Assembly (NCBI GenBank): GCA_964188305.1
Contig: OZ076885.1
DNA: 64,000 nucleotides
Direction: 5' to 3' (one strand)
DNA from: Podarcis bocagei
Taxonomy: Eukaryota
Positions 1-12,283 of this stretch are shown piece by piece. Every line of letters begins with the position of its first letter. Position 1 is the first letter of the stretch. Made by a program: the position numbers and the translations under genes. The notes beneath the pieces were generated by a model, which searched no databases, was not told the origin of the DNA, and saw only the letters and a program-made list of their open reading frames with translations.

Positions 1-1669
1 AGCTCAGCTGGCACTATTTTCATTCAGTGGAAGGTTGGCAGTGGGGATGTCCCAAGACTCCGATGCATCCACTTCCATGCATGCAAACATGTGCACATGT
101 GAAACAGCAAACAAAGCTGATAATTTATGGGTTTGCAGTGGTATGTCTACAAATCTACCTGGTGGCTTAATAAGTTTTAGAAATGGCACATAAAACTGTA
201 ACATTAACAGCTGGATTTTATTTATTACTTAGCTATTAAATAAACATCTCCTTACTCCTTAGATTCTAGTCAAATAAAAATACATCAAATCACAAAATAC
301 AAATTCATTCAAATAAAATACAATATAAAAAGCCCCAAGCAGAAATAAGCAGAAAGCCCCATTGAAATTCAGCTTCTTAAACTGTTGCCTCTGATCACTG
401 AAATTCCCCTGAAATTTTTACACTGGTAGGTTTCCTTGGGCAGCTGATTCTGAAGGGGGTTTGATCTGGGAGTTAAAAGTTTGAAAATTGTAATTTCTGC
501 TTTATGTGATTCAGATAGCTATCTACTGTATGTTTTTGGAGTTTCATTAGGTAAACTGTCCTGGAATGCTGTGCAATCAAGGGCAGGATATAAATTGAAC
601 AAATAAAATAACATAAAGGGGACCACCATAAAGAAATCCCTGTTCCACATCTCAATTGATTTTAATGACTGACTTGCTCATAAATGGAGCACAGAATTAA
701 CACAAAATTTACATGTGGGTATGTATATTTGGAGTTGGGATATTAGTATTTTCTTATTAAATTACACGGGGAAAGGGATATATGATTTGTCTGAAGTATT
801 TGGCTACATTAATCTAGCAATTTACTTTCCTTTTACTGTACTTTCTTCTTTTGCCTCATTTATAGTTTTGCACTTGCTCTGTATCTTTTTAGAATAGTTT
901 CCAGAAGTGTTATTGGAAACTGACATTACATTAAACACACATTTAATACATTTAAAGTATACTTTACCCAAAATATAACCAGCCTAACTTCAACATTCTG
1001 TTTCTAATTATTAGTATAATTTCCTAGATTACAACTAGAAGAAAAAGGAGAGTTGTTTTCTCTCAATTGTACTGAGATATATTTTTTTATCATGTAAATA
1101 TAGCCCAGTACCTATGTAAACCACTGTTGGGTGCCAATTGTCTCATTATTAAAAACAACAGCCTAGAATTGCTTTTTAAAAACCTATTTTGTAAGCACAT
1201 TTTAAAATGCTCGCACTGTTTGACGGCAAGCTAGGCAACATTGCTTTTCTGCAAAAAGGGTTAAATAGATGTGAATGAATACAGAAATAAGGCTTTTAAT
1301 ATTCTGCAAATATTAACAAAGAAAAATGATAATGTTGAGTTAATGTGGGTTAAGGATGAAATGAAAATAAATTTTTCTGATTGCTAAGTGTTGACACTTT
1401 TTTGGCTATTCCCTCAAATCTTTTTCTTTTTCTTTTTTGAAGGCTGTGTAATTACAGAAGGCTTTTCCCCTCCTTCCCCCTCCTGCTTTGAGCCCACATT
1501 AGTAATGACCCTTTCACTGCTTCAAAAACCACTAATAGTCTTCAGCAAAGGCAAGAAAAATGAACAGGATAAATTGGAATCCACAGTCAGTAATTTGCAT
1601 CATATGAGGCTGCTTTGGCCACTCACACTCATTCCTGGCCATCAATCCTTTGCTGTCAGGTGCTGCACT

Positions 1670-1801
1670 NNNNNNNNNNNNNNNNNNNNNNNNNNNNNNN
1701 NNNNNNNNNNNNNNNNNNNNNNNNNNNNNNNNNNNNNNNNNNNNNNNNNNNNNNNNNNNNNNNNNNNNNNNNNNNNNNNNNNNNNNNNNNNNNNNNNNNN
1801 N
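1670..1801. other. N-run (132 nt), undetermined or masked sequence
   Basis: 132 consecutive N; flanks are unique, motif-rich sequence. Confidence 0.99.
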
Positions 1802-3418
1802 GGGTGGTTTCAAGCTGAAAAGCCTTGAGTACAAATTTTAATTGACTGAAAATCAGGGCTGGACAAAAAGATGGAAAGAACAGTCTATATTTTCTTACAA
1901 GCTTATTTCTTTTTCCGTTATAAAGAGACTGCTTTCTCCTAAGGAAGCATCTTCCAGGAATATTCAATACAAGGAGCACCTATACATGATATGGCTTAAG
2001 AAATAAGGTATAAAAATGGTTCTTTGTAAAATGGCTTATTGTCTTGGTGATGGTATTAAAATATGATATCCTTCTTTTACTAGGCAACTATTAAAATTGA
2101 ACCAGTTGCCTTCTGTGCATAATAGTAGCAGGGCCAATACTTTTTCATTAAAATAGAAAGATGGTATGTGGAGTCTCTGTCCTAAATGCTAAGGCTAAGT
2201 ATTTTCATGGCACTGCCTTATAAGTAGATCTGTTCAGAATCACAGCCATAGCATCACAAGCAAATATTGAACTAAACATATCAAGAATGATGGCAGGAAG
2301 GTTGCAGTCAACAAATAGTATGCTATGTTGGTGCAGTATATCTATTTGAAACTAGGTACACACTTGGGGTAGAATTCTAAAACTAGCAAATCATTGAGGA
2401 ATCAGCTAAAACCATATTGGGTCGAGTGACACTCTTTGCTTTCAGTAGGGTAACTACTGTGCTTCAGATCAACATATAGTACAATGAAATTATAGAAATT
2501 CAGTCCTCTCAAATGGCCCTTATTCTCAATTAAGAGTGAAGAACAATATAGCAACAACCTCAACTTACATGGCATTATATATTTGCAAGTTTCCCCTTTT
2601 TTAAATCAGTGATGTTATGGCTTTTTAAACATGAAGTGGACTGTTTATCTGAAAGCGTTCTGGCAGGCCACCACCACATTTCTAAAATTAAATAAAGGAT
2701 TTGAAAACAATCAGCATTTCGAGCAGTTCAGACCACAGCAATATGTTTCAGATTAATTTACAAATATATGTATATATTTAAGACTAAACTACAGAACTAG
2801 AAAATTCCTACTAGTTAGTCTATAACATGCCTTCTTACACTTTATTAGAACAGACATCATATTGAAATAATAAACATGGGAGGCTTTCATTTCTTCTTTG
2901 ATCTATATTACTAAATGTCTAACTGGCTCAAATTTAAAATAAACTCTGGGATGTTTGCACTTAGAAACTGGAAGGAGACCACAAGGCATAATTTGTTGTC
3001 ACTTTTCATATTGTCTGACTAAAACTGTAGTTTAGTCTGTGCATTACTGGGTACCATGCAATGCTCATCCAGTCAATCACACGGTGGCTAAATACTCTTG
3101 TACTAATACAAGAGTAAAGTAGTGGAAAGAGTAAAGTAGTGGAAAGCAACAGTGACAGATTTCTTTCTCAGTATGGAATGATACAGAAGTGAAGGCATGG
3201 ATCACAGCTCTATATGTTCCCCAAATCACACTAAATACATAGCAGGCAAGAAGCACCACACTATGTAGATATGGTGCAGGGCAAGCAATACTCCCATATA
3301 GACCAAGTGACCCACTATCAGCTAAGGTTAATTATTTAATTGGATTGAATCATTCTTCTATTTATTTTATTATTGGACAAAGATATTTTCAGAGGCATAT
3401 GCACACAGACACACAGAA

Positions 3419-3498
3419 GTAAGCCACCCAGAGCGGCTGGGGAAACCCAACCAGATGGGCATGGTAGAAATTAATAATAATAATAATAACAACAACAA
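3419..3498 (+). mobile_element. 3' end of lacertid L2-type LINE with (TAA)n tail
   Basis: GTAAGCCACCCAGAGCGGCTGGGGAAACCCAACCAGATGGGC then (TAA)n; the same terminus recurs at about 60766-60869. Confidence 0.6.
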
Positions 3499-3500
3499 TA

Positions 3501-3717
3501 CAGTGGTACCTCAGGTTACATACGCTTCAGGTTACAGACTCCGCTAACCCAGAAATAGTACCTCGGGTTAAGAATTTTGTTTCAGAATGAGAACAGAAAT
3601 CGTGCTTCGGCAGCGCGGCGGGCCCCATTAGCTTAAGTGGTGCTTCAGGTTAAGAACAGTTTCAGGTTAAGAACAGACCTCCGGAACGAATTAAGTATTT
3701 AACCCGAGGTACCACTG
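3501..3717. mobile_element. Tc1/mariner (Tigger/pogo-type) MITE
   Basis: TIRs CAGTGGTACCTCAGGTTA / TAACCCGAGGTACCACTG with TA on both sides (3499-3500, 3718-3719); inserted in a (TAA)n LINE tail. Confidence 0.92.
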
Positions 3718-4789
3718 TAATAATAATAATAATAACATGACCCAAATATTCCAATTGGCAGGCACCTCATGTTCTCCAGGCCTACTACTAAAGCCATTAT
3801 TAATTCCAGTAGCAACGACTCCTTCTAAAGGCTGCTGTTACGACTAAGTTTGGAAAGCACAAAGTTTGGCCTAAGCTTCTGATGTAACCTTACCATGATC
3901 CCCTCCCACTCTCAACAGCAGCAACATGTCCTGGAAGATGCCAGTGAGGCAGAAACACTGCAGATGTTACCACGAAGAATAACAAAAGCAAGGAGGGAGG
4001 AGCCTCATATCCTCACAGTATTGGCAAAGAAGGAAGAGGAGCCCTGGAGATGTAAGCCCCTTGCACAGCACAGCCTGGCATCCCCAATCCACTCTGCAAC
4101 TTTCTGCCATAGAGATGAATAGAACCAATTCCCTTTTACGGCAGAACATAAACCAGGGGAACAGGGAACCTCTGCAGCAGTCAGCAGCAGCCTAAAGGGC
4201 CAGTAAGCTGCGTGTAGCCACCTTTCTATTTTCTCTCAGCACCCTAGAATGATACACTGTCAGAAGTGTTGTGAGAAATTTAAGCTGCCTGAGATGCTTG
4301 GAGCACTGGGGATGGCAGTGATGGGCTCTGAGACCCCAGCACCTACCCAAAAAGGCCAATCTGCTTCTGGGTTTGCCACCTTTCCATTTAAAAACTATTA
4401 AGGTGGCTTGCAACAAGACAAATAAAATAAAATAAAAACACAGAGATTTCAGTAGAGAAGGGTATAAAGAAATCAACAACTTAATAGGCCAAGCACCTGC
4501 CAAAATAAAATGACCACAAAATAATGGAAAACCATCAGGTAGTCCTCCTTAAACATAGATTTCCACAGCCTACGTGGAGCTACAAGTCCCTCTGTAGTCA
4601 TAGGTAATTATCCAGTTAAATATTTTCTCCAATTATTATGGGTTGGAGTTAAGACTCTTCCCTGTCACTTTAGCTTGTTCTTGTGGTTACCTAGCTGTGC
4701 TTTAGCCTGTGAATCCATAAACAGCCTCTTGTTCTGGGCCTGTGAAGTAACCCAGTCTTATATTAAATAAATAAGAACTTAACACTTTC

Positions 4790-5330
4790 TCAGGTGTTGG
4801 TAGAACACATAGGACAGTCTCTCCAGTATATCTTAATGAATGAGCGGGCTCATACAGGAGGTGATGACAGTCCTTTAGATATCCCAGTATTAAGCTGCTG
4901 AGGGCATCAGAACACCTGATCACCAGCACCTTGAACTGGACATGGTAATGAACGAAGCCAGCGAAGCCCTTTTAAATGAGTAACTACGTGTGCCAAATAC
5001 AGTGGTACCTCGGGTTACAAACTTAATTTGTTCCGGAGGCCCATTCTTAACTCGAAACTGTTCTTAACTTGAGGTACCACTTTAGCTAATGGGGCCTCCC
5101 GCTGCCACTGCGCAGCCGCTGCACAATTTCCGTTCTCATCCTTGGGGCAAAGTTCGCAATCTGGAGCAACTACTTCTGGGTTAGTGGAGATTGCAACCCG
5201 AAGCGTTTGTAACCCGAGGTACCACTGTAAATGGCTCTGGTCAAAACTCTAGCTGCTGCAAAATGAACGACTTGAAGTTTCCAGATATTTTTCTAAGGCA
5301 GCCAAACATACAGCACATTGTAGCTATCCC
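4790..5330 (-). mobile_element. Degraded L2 LINE fragment (post-RT ORF2 region) interrupted by a MITE
   Basis: Antisense L2-like motifs (GGCAGCCAAACATACAGCACATTGTAGCTATCC; CACCTTGAACTGG); boundaries approximate. Confidence 0.55.
5000..5227. mobile_element. Tc1/mariner MITE, same family as 3501-3717, opposite orientation
   Basis: TIRs CAGTGGTACCTCGGGTTACAAAC / GTTTGTAACCCGAGGTACCACTG, TA flanks; interior resembles the reverse complement of 3501-3717. Confidence 0.92.
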
Positions 5331-5775
5331 AGTGCTCATTTAGTTCTTCATTTTCCCTGCTGTGTTTTAGAATCTGAAGAGAGGAGGAAATGATGAGCAC
5401 AGTAAACAAGGACTAGGGGTGGGGGTGGGACAGAAAAGTCTTGCCACTTCTGGGCTGTTACCATGGCTTTCTGGGGTGAGGGCCTCTCCCTACTTAGTCT
5501 GTTCACAATTCACAGGCCCTGTCTACCAGGCTTTGCTGTCAGTCCCAGGCACTTGGATAGTGTGCAAGGAATCTTGCCTAGCTTTGAAAATATAAAGGAA
5601 GGTGCCCCCCTCCCTACTCTATAGTATACACCATGTAATCACCACAGTATGTTTTTACATGCCTAAAAAATTAAATGTTTGCATTTAGCCTGAATATTTC
5701 AGGTAAACGAGACTACTAATAATTCCAAATCACATGCATGGTTGCCCTATTTAAGTTTGTTTTAAGGTGTGCGTT

Positions 5776-5778
<3 letters not shown>

Positions 5779-5818
<40 letters not shown>

Positions 5819-5830
5819 TGTATGTGTGTG
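5779..5830. repeat. (TG)n microsatellite
   Basis: About 18 perfect TG units plus a degenerate extension. Confidence 0.97.
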
Positions 5831-6928
5831 TATATTTTTCTAATATTTTCCTGAAAGTGTGTGTATATGAAATTCCAGATGGGATTGGTTTATTCGGTTA
5901 TAGAAAGCCCAACATTCAGTGGGAAGCACAGAAAAAAAGAGTTTATGATCAAAGCAAAAGGATCTAAGTGTTCGTTTTTAGGAAGGTTTTGAATTCAAAA
6001 TATTTTGGATTTCTATTTCCAAAACTAGTTCCACTGAAAAACATTGGTGCCATTCTTTACAGAGCAAGCGAAACACAGACAGCAGTAGGGAAAAAGTTGA
6101 TTGTAGAATAAATATATGACTTCTAATTTTAAATATTTAGCTCCACTAGTACTTTGTGCGAGAGTGCTAAAAGGTATAAAACAGTTGCATCTCTTGTAGG
6201 AAAAACAGGTTGCCACAACTGCCTCTATAAAATACTTTTCTGCTTTTTTTGGGTAAGCTAAATGACTGATGTCTTTCCATGTCTTCAACTTTCTCTCACT
6301 ACAGTCCCTATTGTACACGCATGTGCTCATGCATCAACTAATTCATTCAAACAATATAACAGGACAGGGACTATCTCCAAAAGAGTTTCCAGATGGGAAA
6401 AGAATGATAATTTAGTTCACAGTATTTGCAAATAAAAACAAAACTAAGATGTTTTATGTCTTTCCCTCTTCTGCTTTCTTTTATGCACAGACAGGAACAC
6501 AGACAAATCTTAACTCTAATCAAGCAGTTGCTCCTACCTGCTGGGAAGATAGAGAGATGTTATTGTTATGACTTTGTTAATTACTTGGGAGGTGTCAGAC
6601 ACTGTGGTGAGGAGCAGCAGTATAATCAGAACTTGGATAGACATCCAGGAATAGATAGCCAGAGGGAGCACTGGATCACTGCTGATTCAACAGAAACACT
6701 CAATCTTCATTTATATTGTTTTGGATTGGATTTACCACTGATGCAGCTACAATGGAGATACAGCACAGACACTTTCTCTTGGTAGATCTCCTTAGAACTC
6801 TACAGAGATGTTCCCAGAGTCTTTGGAGCCAAGTACTCAATCTACAACAAGGGCAGGGATGTAGCTAGTCACTTTGATATGTGTCTTGGTAACTTCCAGC
6901 TTTTAGCCTTTAAAGTTGGTTAGGAACT

Positions 6929-7399
6929 CGGTTACCAGACGTCCATGTTTCCCGGGGACAGTCCCCGGATTTACAAATCTGCCCCCGGACAAAATCCATC
7001 CCCGGAATGTTCCCGGATTTCAATTAATGTCCCTGGATTTCTATTTTAAGTGTTGTAGATTTATTATTAGGGAATGGATGTTGCGTGATTGGTTCAATGG
7101 CACAAGACACATCATATGGGGACTTCCAGCGAGGCAAAATGGCGGGTGCCACGGCAGTGTGCAGCTCCTGAAGCCAGCCAGAGCCAACTGCACTACTAGG
7201 CTGGATCCGGGCTGCTGAGACTGCCGCCGCCACTGCCGAGAGGGAACCGGGAGCACCCGGCGCGTGAACTGGGGGAACTCCTGACCCCCCCACAACCCAA
7301 ATCGAGCTGGGAGCGAGAGCGCCTGACCACCTGACTGATTGCCCAGCAGTGCTCCGGGGCCAGGAAACCCTGGAGCTGACACAGGGAGAAGGAGGAGAG
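6929..7399 (+). mobile_element. GC-rich hAT-like DNA transposon fragment (one terminus with subterminal repeats)
   Basis: GGTTACCAGACGTCC terminus followed by repeated CCC(C)GGA motifs; CpG-rich; matching second terminus not found. Confidence 0.45.
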
Positions 7400-7419
7400 G
7401 AGAAAGAGAAGGAGAAAAA

Positions 7420-9295
7420 GGACTTCCGGGTTGACGCGATCGGCTAATGGCGGATTCCCTCCGAGCTCCGGAGGGAATCGGCTCTGCTGAAGACGGGTCT
7501 TACCGTGCCGGCGACACGGAGACCCATAGAAACCACAGGTGCGGATGCCTGTGGACTTGGTGACTCGGTGGGCACCTTAAGCGCCCTCCCTGACCCACGA
7601 AGAGCCTTTTTAAAGGCTACGGAGAGGGTACGGAGAGTGGCGTGGTGCTGAGAGTAGACCGCTACTTCAGTGGAGCGAAGCCGCGGGCCATGGCCGGAGA
7701 GCGTTAACTTTTTTCCCGAAATTTGGACTGGAAACAAATACTCGTGAGTACAAGGAATTCGGACTTTAAAAATTTCTACCTTTAATTTGGTACGACCGGG
7801 GGGGTGTGCTAAAGGGAAGTCCGCACCCCCCTATCTACAAACGGTCTAAAGCAAAGATCGGAGAACTAAGGTTGAGAGAACAGTGTGTTTTTCGTGTATG
7901 ATAAAAGATATTCCACGAATTTGATAGAAGAAGCTTTCTGTGCTGGAGAGAGGAGAGGAGCGTTAGAAAAATTTGTGTAACCCCCCCCCCCTTCCGAACC
8001 CGGGAGCGTCCTGTGTGTGAGTTCTACGGAAAAGAACAAGGAGTTTGACAGCTGGTAAAGGAGCTGTCAAACGGGCGGATAAAACTAAGAATTGCATTAC
8101 TTAATATCTCTCTGGACTGAAGGTGTTACATTTTACTAGAAGTGGTTGAAAACAAAGTAATAATAAAAAACAAAGTAACGGACTGTTGGAAAGGAAAGGA
8201 ACTACTGAGTGACTGGAATCCCCCTAGGGGGAACTAGTGACATTACAATGGCTGCAGAGGGAAAATTACTGGCAGAAATCGAAAGAGCCTTTTATCTTTT
8301 GGGAATTTTGCAAGAGCAGAGTATGGCTATGAACAAAGAACTCACGACCTTGACTTTTAAAACAAACAACCCTGCTGATGGAACAAAGGACTTGACTGGG
8401 AAAAAATCTGCAGCTGAACCAGAAGCGACATTTGTGGAATTGGTGGAAAAGGAAGAAGGTGGGGAGAAAGTATTGGCAGAAAATACCAAGCAGAAGCCTA
8501 TGTTGTTAGAAAATGAAGCAGAAGATTTTTGGATTACAAATTTGGGAAAGATGAGAAGGATGAGAAAAGCAAAGGAGGAAGTCTCTGGACTTTCTGGAAA
8601 AAGAGCAATGAAATATGACTGGGACTTCCTCTCTTTCTCTTTTTCTGAGTTTGAGTATGGGAGATCTATGGTAGATCTTTGGCAGCAAGTTTTTTCAACC
8701 ATCTTGGGCGCAAGAGAAGGTGATGTGGCTGTGACAGACTACCCACGAGACCTGAGGTCCAACAAAAAGGACTACCAACAAAACCGACAGAGAGAGACTG
8801 ACAGAGATTTAAAGGCCTCGGATGTGAGGAATCCGGGCTAGGAACTGTATGGGTGGATAATTATTTGGGAAGGGACGGAAACCGGGGTAGGGAGGGAGGG
8901 GGAGAGCAGAAGTTGGAAAATTTATGACCTTTGTGTTTGGTCATTTTGACTTATATTTTAATATTAAAAAAAGGGGAAATTTGTGGATGAGAAATTAGGT
9001 CGACCTTAGAAAAAAGGATTTGATGTTAATAAGAGAATGGGATAAGTAAAATTTGATTTAGTAAAATGATTTAAGTTTAAAAAACAACAGATTAGGCTAA
9101 AGGAAGGGACAAAAACTTGCTGAACTAAATTTGGAAATTGGGATGTATGAAGGGGTGGGTGGGGGGAAGTCAGAGAAAGAAGGATAAGAAAGTAAGGGTA
9201 TGAAATTATACGTGTTTCGTCTTTGTCTTTGTATGTGTGTGTTGTCTGTATAAAATTTGAAAACCCAATAAAAATTTTATATAAAAAAAAAAAAA
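7420..9295 (+). mobile_element. Full-length non-autonomous L1-type retroposon (HAL1-like architecture), 1876 bp
   Basis: 20-bp TSD GAGAAAGAGAAGGAGAAAAA at 7400-7419 and 9296-9315; CpG-rich 5' end GGACTTCCGG...AATGGCGG; AATAAA at 9267-9272; A13 tail at 9283-9295; single ORF; no RT or EN motifs. Confidence 0.85.
8248..8841 (+). CDS. Element-encoded 197-aa ORF (K/E-rich, possible coiled-coil, L1 ORF1-like N-terminus)
   Basis: Longest ORF in the window; ACAATGG Kozak-like start at 8248; uninterrupted to TAG; lies inside the TSD-flanked retroposon. Confidence 0.45.
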   Translation: MAAEGKLLAEIERAFYLLGILQEQSMAMNKELTTLTFKTNNPADGTKDLTGKKSAAEPEATFVELVEKEEGGEKVLAENTKQKPMLLENEAEDFWITNLGKMRRMRKAKEEVSGLSGKRAMKYDWDFLSFSFSEFEYGRSMVDLWQQVFSTILGAREGDVAVTDYPRDLRSNKKDYQQNRQRETDRDLKASDVRNPG

Positions 9296-9340
9296 GAGAA
9301 AGAGAAGGAGAAAAAAGAGGGGAGCCTCAACCTTGCCGTT

Positions 9341-9620
9341 ACTTCGCACGGCACATAGTTACAGTATGGAATTTAGTCCCAGTAACATGTAGTAATGGCC
9401 ACCAATTTAGGATGGCTTTAAAAGAGGATTAGACAAATTCATGAACTACTAGCCATGATGACCATGTACTGCCTTCACTGTCAGAGGCGGTATGTGCCTG
9501 AATACCTGCTGGGAATCACAAGTGAGGAGAGTGCTGTTATACTCAAGATGTTGAACTAGATTGGCCTTTGCCTTGATTCAGTATGGTTCAGAACCACTGG
9601 TGCTTCATATATTCTTATGA
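9341..9620 (+). mobile_element. CR1 LINE 3' fragment
   Basis: GATGGCTTTAAAAGAGGATTAGACAAATTCATG and a terminal TTCTTATG, typical of a squamate CR1 3' end; paralog at 44592-44880. Confidence 0.8.
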
Positions 9621-10914
9621 TGTTGATTTTAGTGTAAGATTTCACTAAAATGCATTATTTTCCTTCCACTTTCAGTTAAATCTTACATATTGCTTACTGA
9701 AATATTTTAATTTTGTGATCTTCCTGTTTCTCATTTTAAGGCTATAAACTCTTCTCACATTATTTAACTTTTACTTGTCTAACCATATTTCTATTTAATT
9801 TGCTCTTTATTGGCTTGCTTTCCATTTTGCATTAAACATGAATAATGCTTCATGAAATGTTGACTGAATTTGATAAAAAACATTCATATTAATGTTATAT
9901 TCTGCAAGAGGCCTCTCTGATTTCTGAGAAGCAGCCATAGGTTACTTACAGACTAAAAAAGAGCAACTATATCAGGATCTAGGATTAACATACAAGTATG
10001 AAGGTAAGATTTGGAATTGTCATTTTAGATTTATGTCAAAAATTGTGTTTGCATGATCCATCTATCCAAAGTTACACTTACAAGAGTAATATATACTTAA
10101 ATCCGTATCAGTATAAACTATTATTTACCTTTGTTCACTAAATCTAAACATTATACATTATTGTACATTATATTGTAATGTAATTACTCTGGTGTTCATG
10201 CTTACCTATAACTCAGTCTACAAGTTTGAATTAGTATTATTTTTTAAAATTATTTTATTTAACTGTTATATTAACACGCAACCAAACTTGTAAGTCTGTG
10301 CAACTATGCTTGTAATATTTTTTTTGAAATGTAAAAAAATCAATAAAAATAATTTCAAACGAAACACAAAAACAAGATAAATATGTAACTGGGTGAGAAA
10401 AATGGAAGTAAAGGCTTTTAAATGGCTACAAGAGGCCCAAGATATTTGAAGCCACAGACTTCTGAACACTTTTCAACACATTCAGTCATGGTTTGGGATC
10501 AAATGTAACAGCTAGTTCTCATTAGATGTCTTAATTTGTTTGCTGAAACTGCAATTTATCATATGGTAACCACAAGTAAGTACATGTTTCATTTGCACAT
10601 TAGATCTGGTGCAAAAGAAATGTGAGTAATGCAGTTTAATAGACCAATTCAGACTTATGATTCCAAACTGCTACATCAAGAAACCAAATTTGTCACAAAA
10701 TCTGATAATCACTAAACAGAGATAGTAAACCAAAATAAATTATTTGCCTCTAAACAACCATTGAAAGCTGCCTACAACTCTCAGTTAGACCCTGCCAGAG
10801 CGGCAGAGCTTTTCAACCTATAGGCCCTGTCAAAGGTTAGCATATATAGAACGGCTGTTTATTGTAATTGGAGGCAGCCATTCATTTATCTTAAGGAAGG
10901 TTCTTTCCAATCGT

Positions 10915-11003
10915 ATGATCAGAGATTTTCTAACTACAGATGCCAGCAACTGAGCCAAGATCTGACACATGCAAAATAAGTGCTCCACCAATGAGCTATG
11001 GTC
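10915..11003 (-). mobile_element. Degraded tRNA-derived SINE head (Squam3-like)
   Basis: AGATGCCAGCAACTGAGCC...ATGCAAAATAAGTGCTCCACCAATGAGCTATGG, an antisense tRNA-like head. Confidence 0.5.
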
Positions 11004-11044
11004 TCACTTCACAAGCCCTTACAGACAGGTTACATGAATAAAAA

Positions 11045-11210
11045 CTGTCTTATGATGAGTCAGACCACAGGTCCTTCAAATCCACTATTGCTTACCCTGA
11101 CTGGCAGTAATTCCCTAAGCCTCAACTGAGGTTTGAAATCCTTTAACGGCCAGGTATTGAACATGGAGTCTTTTGCATGCCAGTCATGTGCTTCAACATT
11201 CAGCTGTGGG
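11045..11210 (-). mobile_element. Squam3-like tRNA-derived SINE
   Basis: Antisense GAGTCAGACCA...CTGACTGGCAG...CCAGGTATTGAACATGG...GCATGCC...TCAGCTGTGG. Confidence 0.6.
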
Positions 11211-12226
11211 TTGTCCCTACTGTACAAGGGAAGTTGTAGAAATATCAATGATCGTGATGCACAGTAGCAGTTGGAGAGTTAGCGTCAGTTTTGACAACAA
11301 ATATTCCCCCCCCCCCGCTTTTTTTAGCTGATGGGGCAATAATTTGATTTGCAAGTTGGAGAAGATTTTGGATCACCAACTGCAGGTGAATATATATCAG
11401 CTCACATCTTGACTAAAATTGCAAGCAATGTTACGTGAGTCTTCTAACACAAACACATACCCATTCACTTATCATAAGTGAAGTGCAAACATCTGCAAAA
11501 TGTTAAAAAAAACTTTTAAAAAGGAGAGGGAAAGTTCTTTTCAAAGATTCATCTGGCAGCTGGCCCACACAAAATACCACTGCTAGTAACAGAGCTGTCT
11601 ATTCTCCTAGTAAAGACTTCTAATTTGCATATTTAAATAAGTGCATGATTGCAATTGTCCATTGCTTATCACTGAGGTTACCTAGCCAATTGCTAAAACA
11701 AGGCTCACATTATCCTCCCCATTCTGAGCATACATATTGCAACCCTGTTGTTACATTCCATTTGTATCCAACTCTTTCTTTTCTGAATCTTAGTTATCAC
11801 CACCTCATCAAATAGATTAAGAGGTAGCAATTGAGGGAGGGCTAGTGATTACTCACATCATGATGTATTTCAAAGTGTGCAAAATCTGGATCAGCAACAT
11901 TATTTGGAAGTGTCCTTTGGCATTTGTAGAAAAAGGGCCACGTTATAAGGTTCTTGACATTTGTCTCTTCCTTGCAACTGCTGTTTACTATTATACAACA
12001 CTAGTCTGGTTATAAACATCAGAGTATTAATAAAGGAAAATAACACATGCAAGGTATACAAACATTATATCTATGTTATACACTTCCTAGCAGTCCTTAT
12101 TTGAGTTGCCTATTACAGTGAAAGTTTGGGGAGCAGAGATCAACCATTATAAATTTGTGCCTAAATACACTAAGTAAGAAGGCTCTTTCCTGCAACATAT
12201 TGAATACTAGAGCTCAGTTCTAGATG

Positions 12227-12229
<3 letters not shown>

Positions 12230-12283
<54 letters not shown>

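Noticed and set aside
6916-7800. CpG island or host-gene promoter with overlapping ORFs
   Set aside because: GC/CpG richness is explained by the hAT-like fragment and the retroposon 5' UTR; the ORFs have no recognisable homology
10129-10227. Two tiny AG...GT intervals (15 and 12 nt) on the minus strand as microexons
   Set aside because: Poor pyrimidine tracts; such patterns are expected by chance in AT-rich DNA
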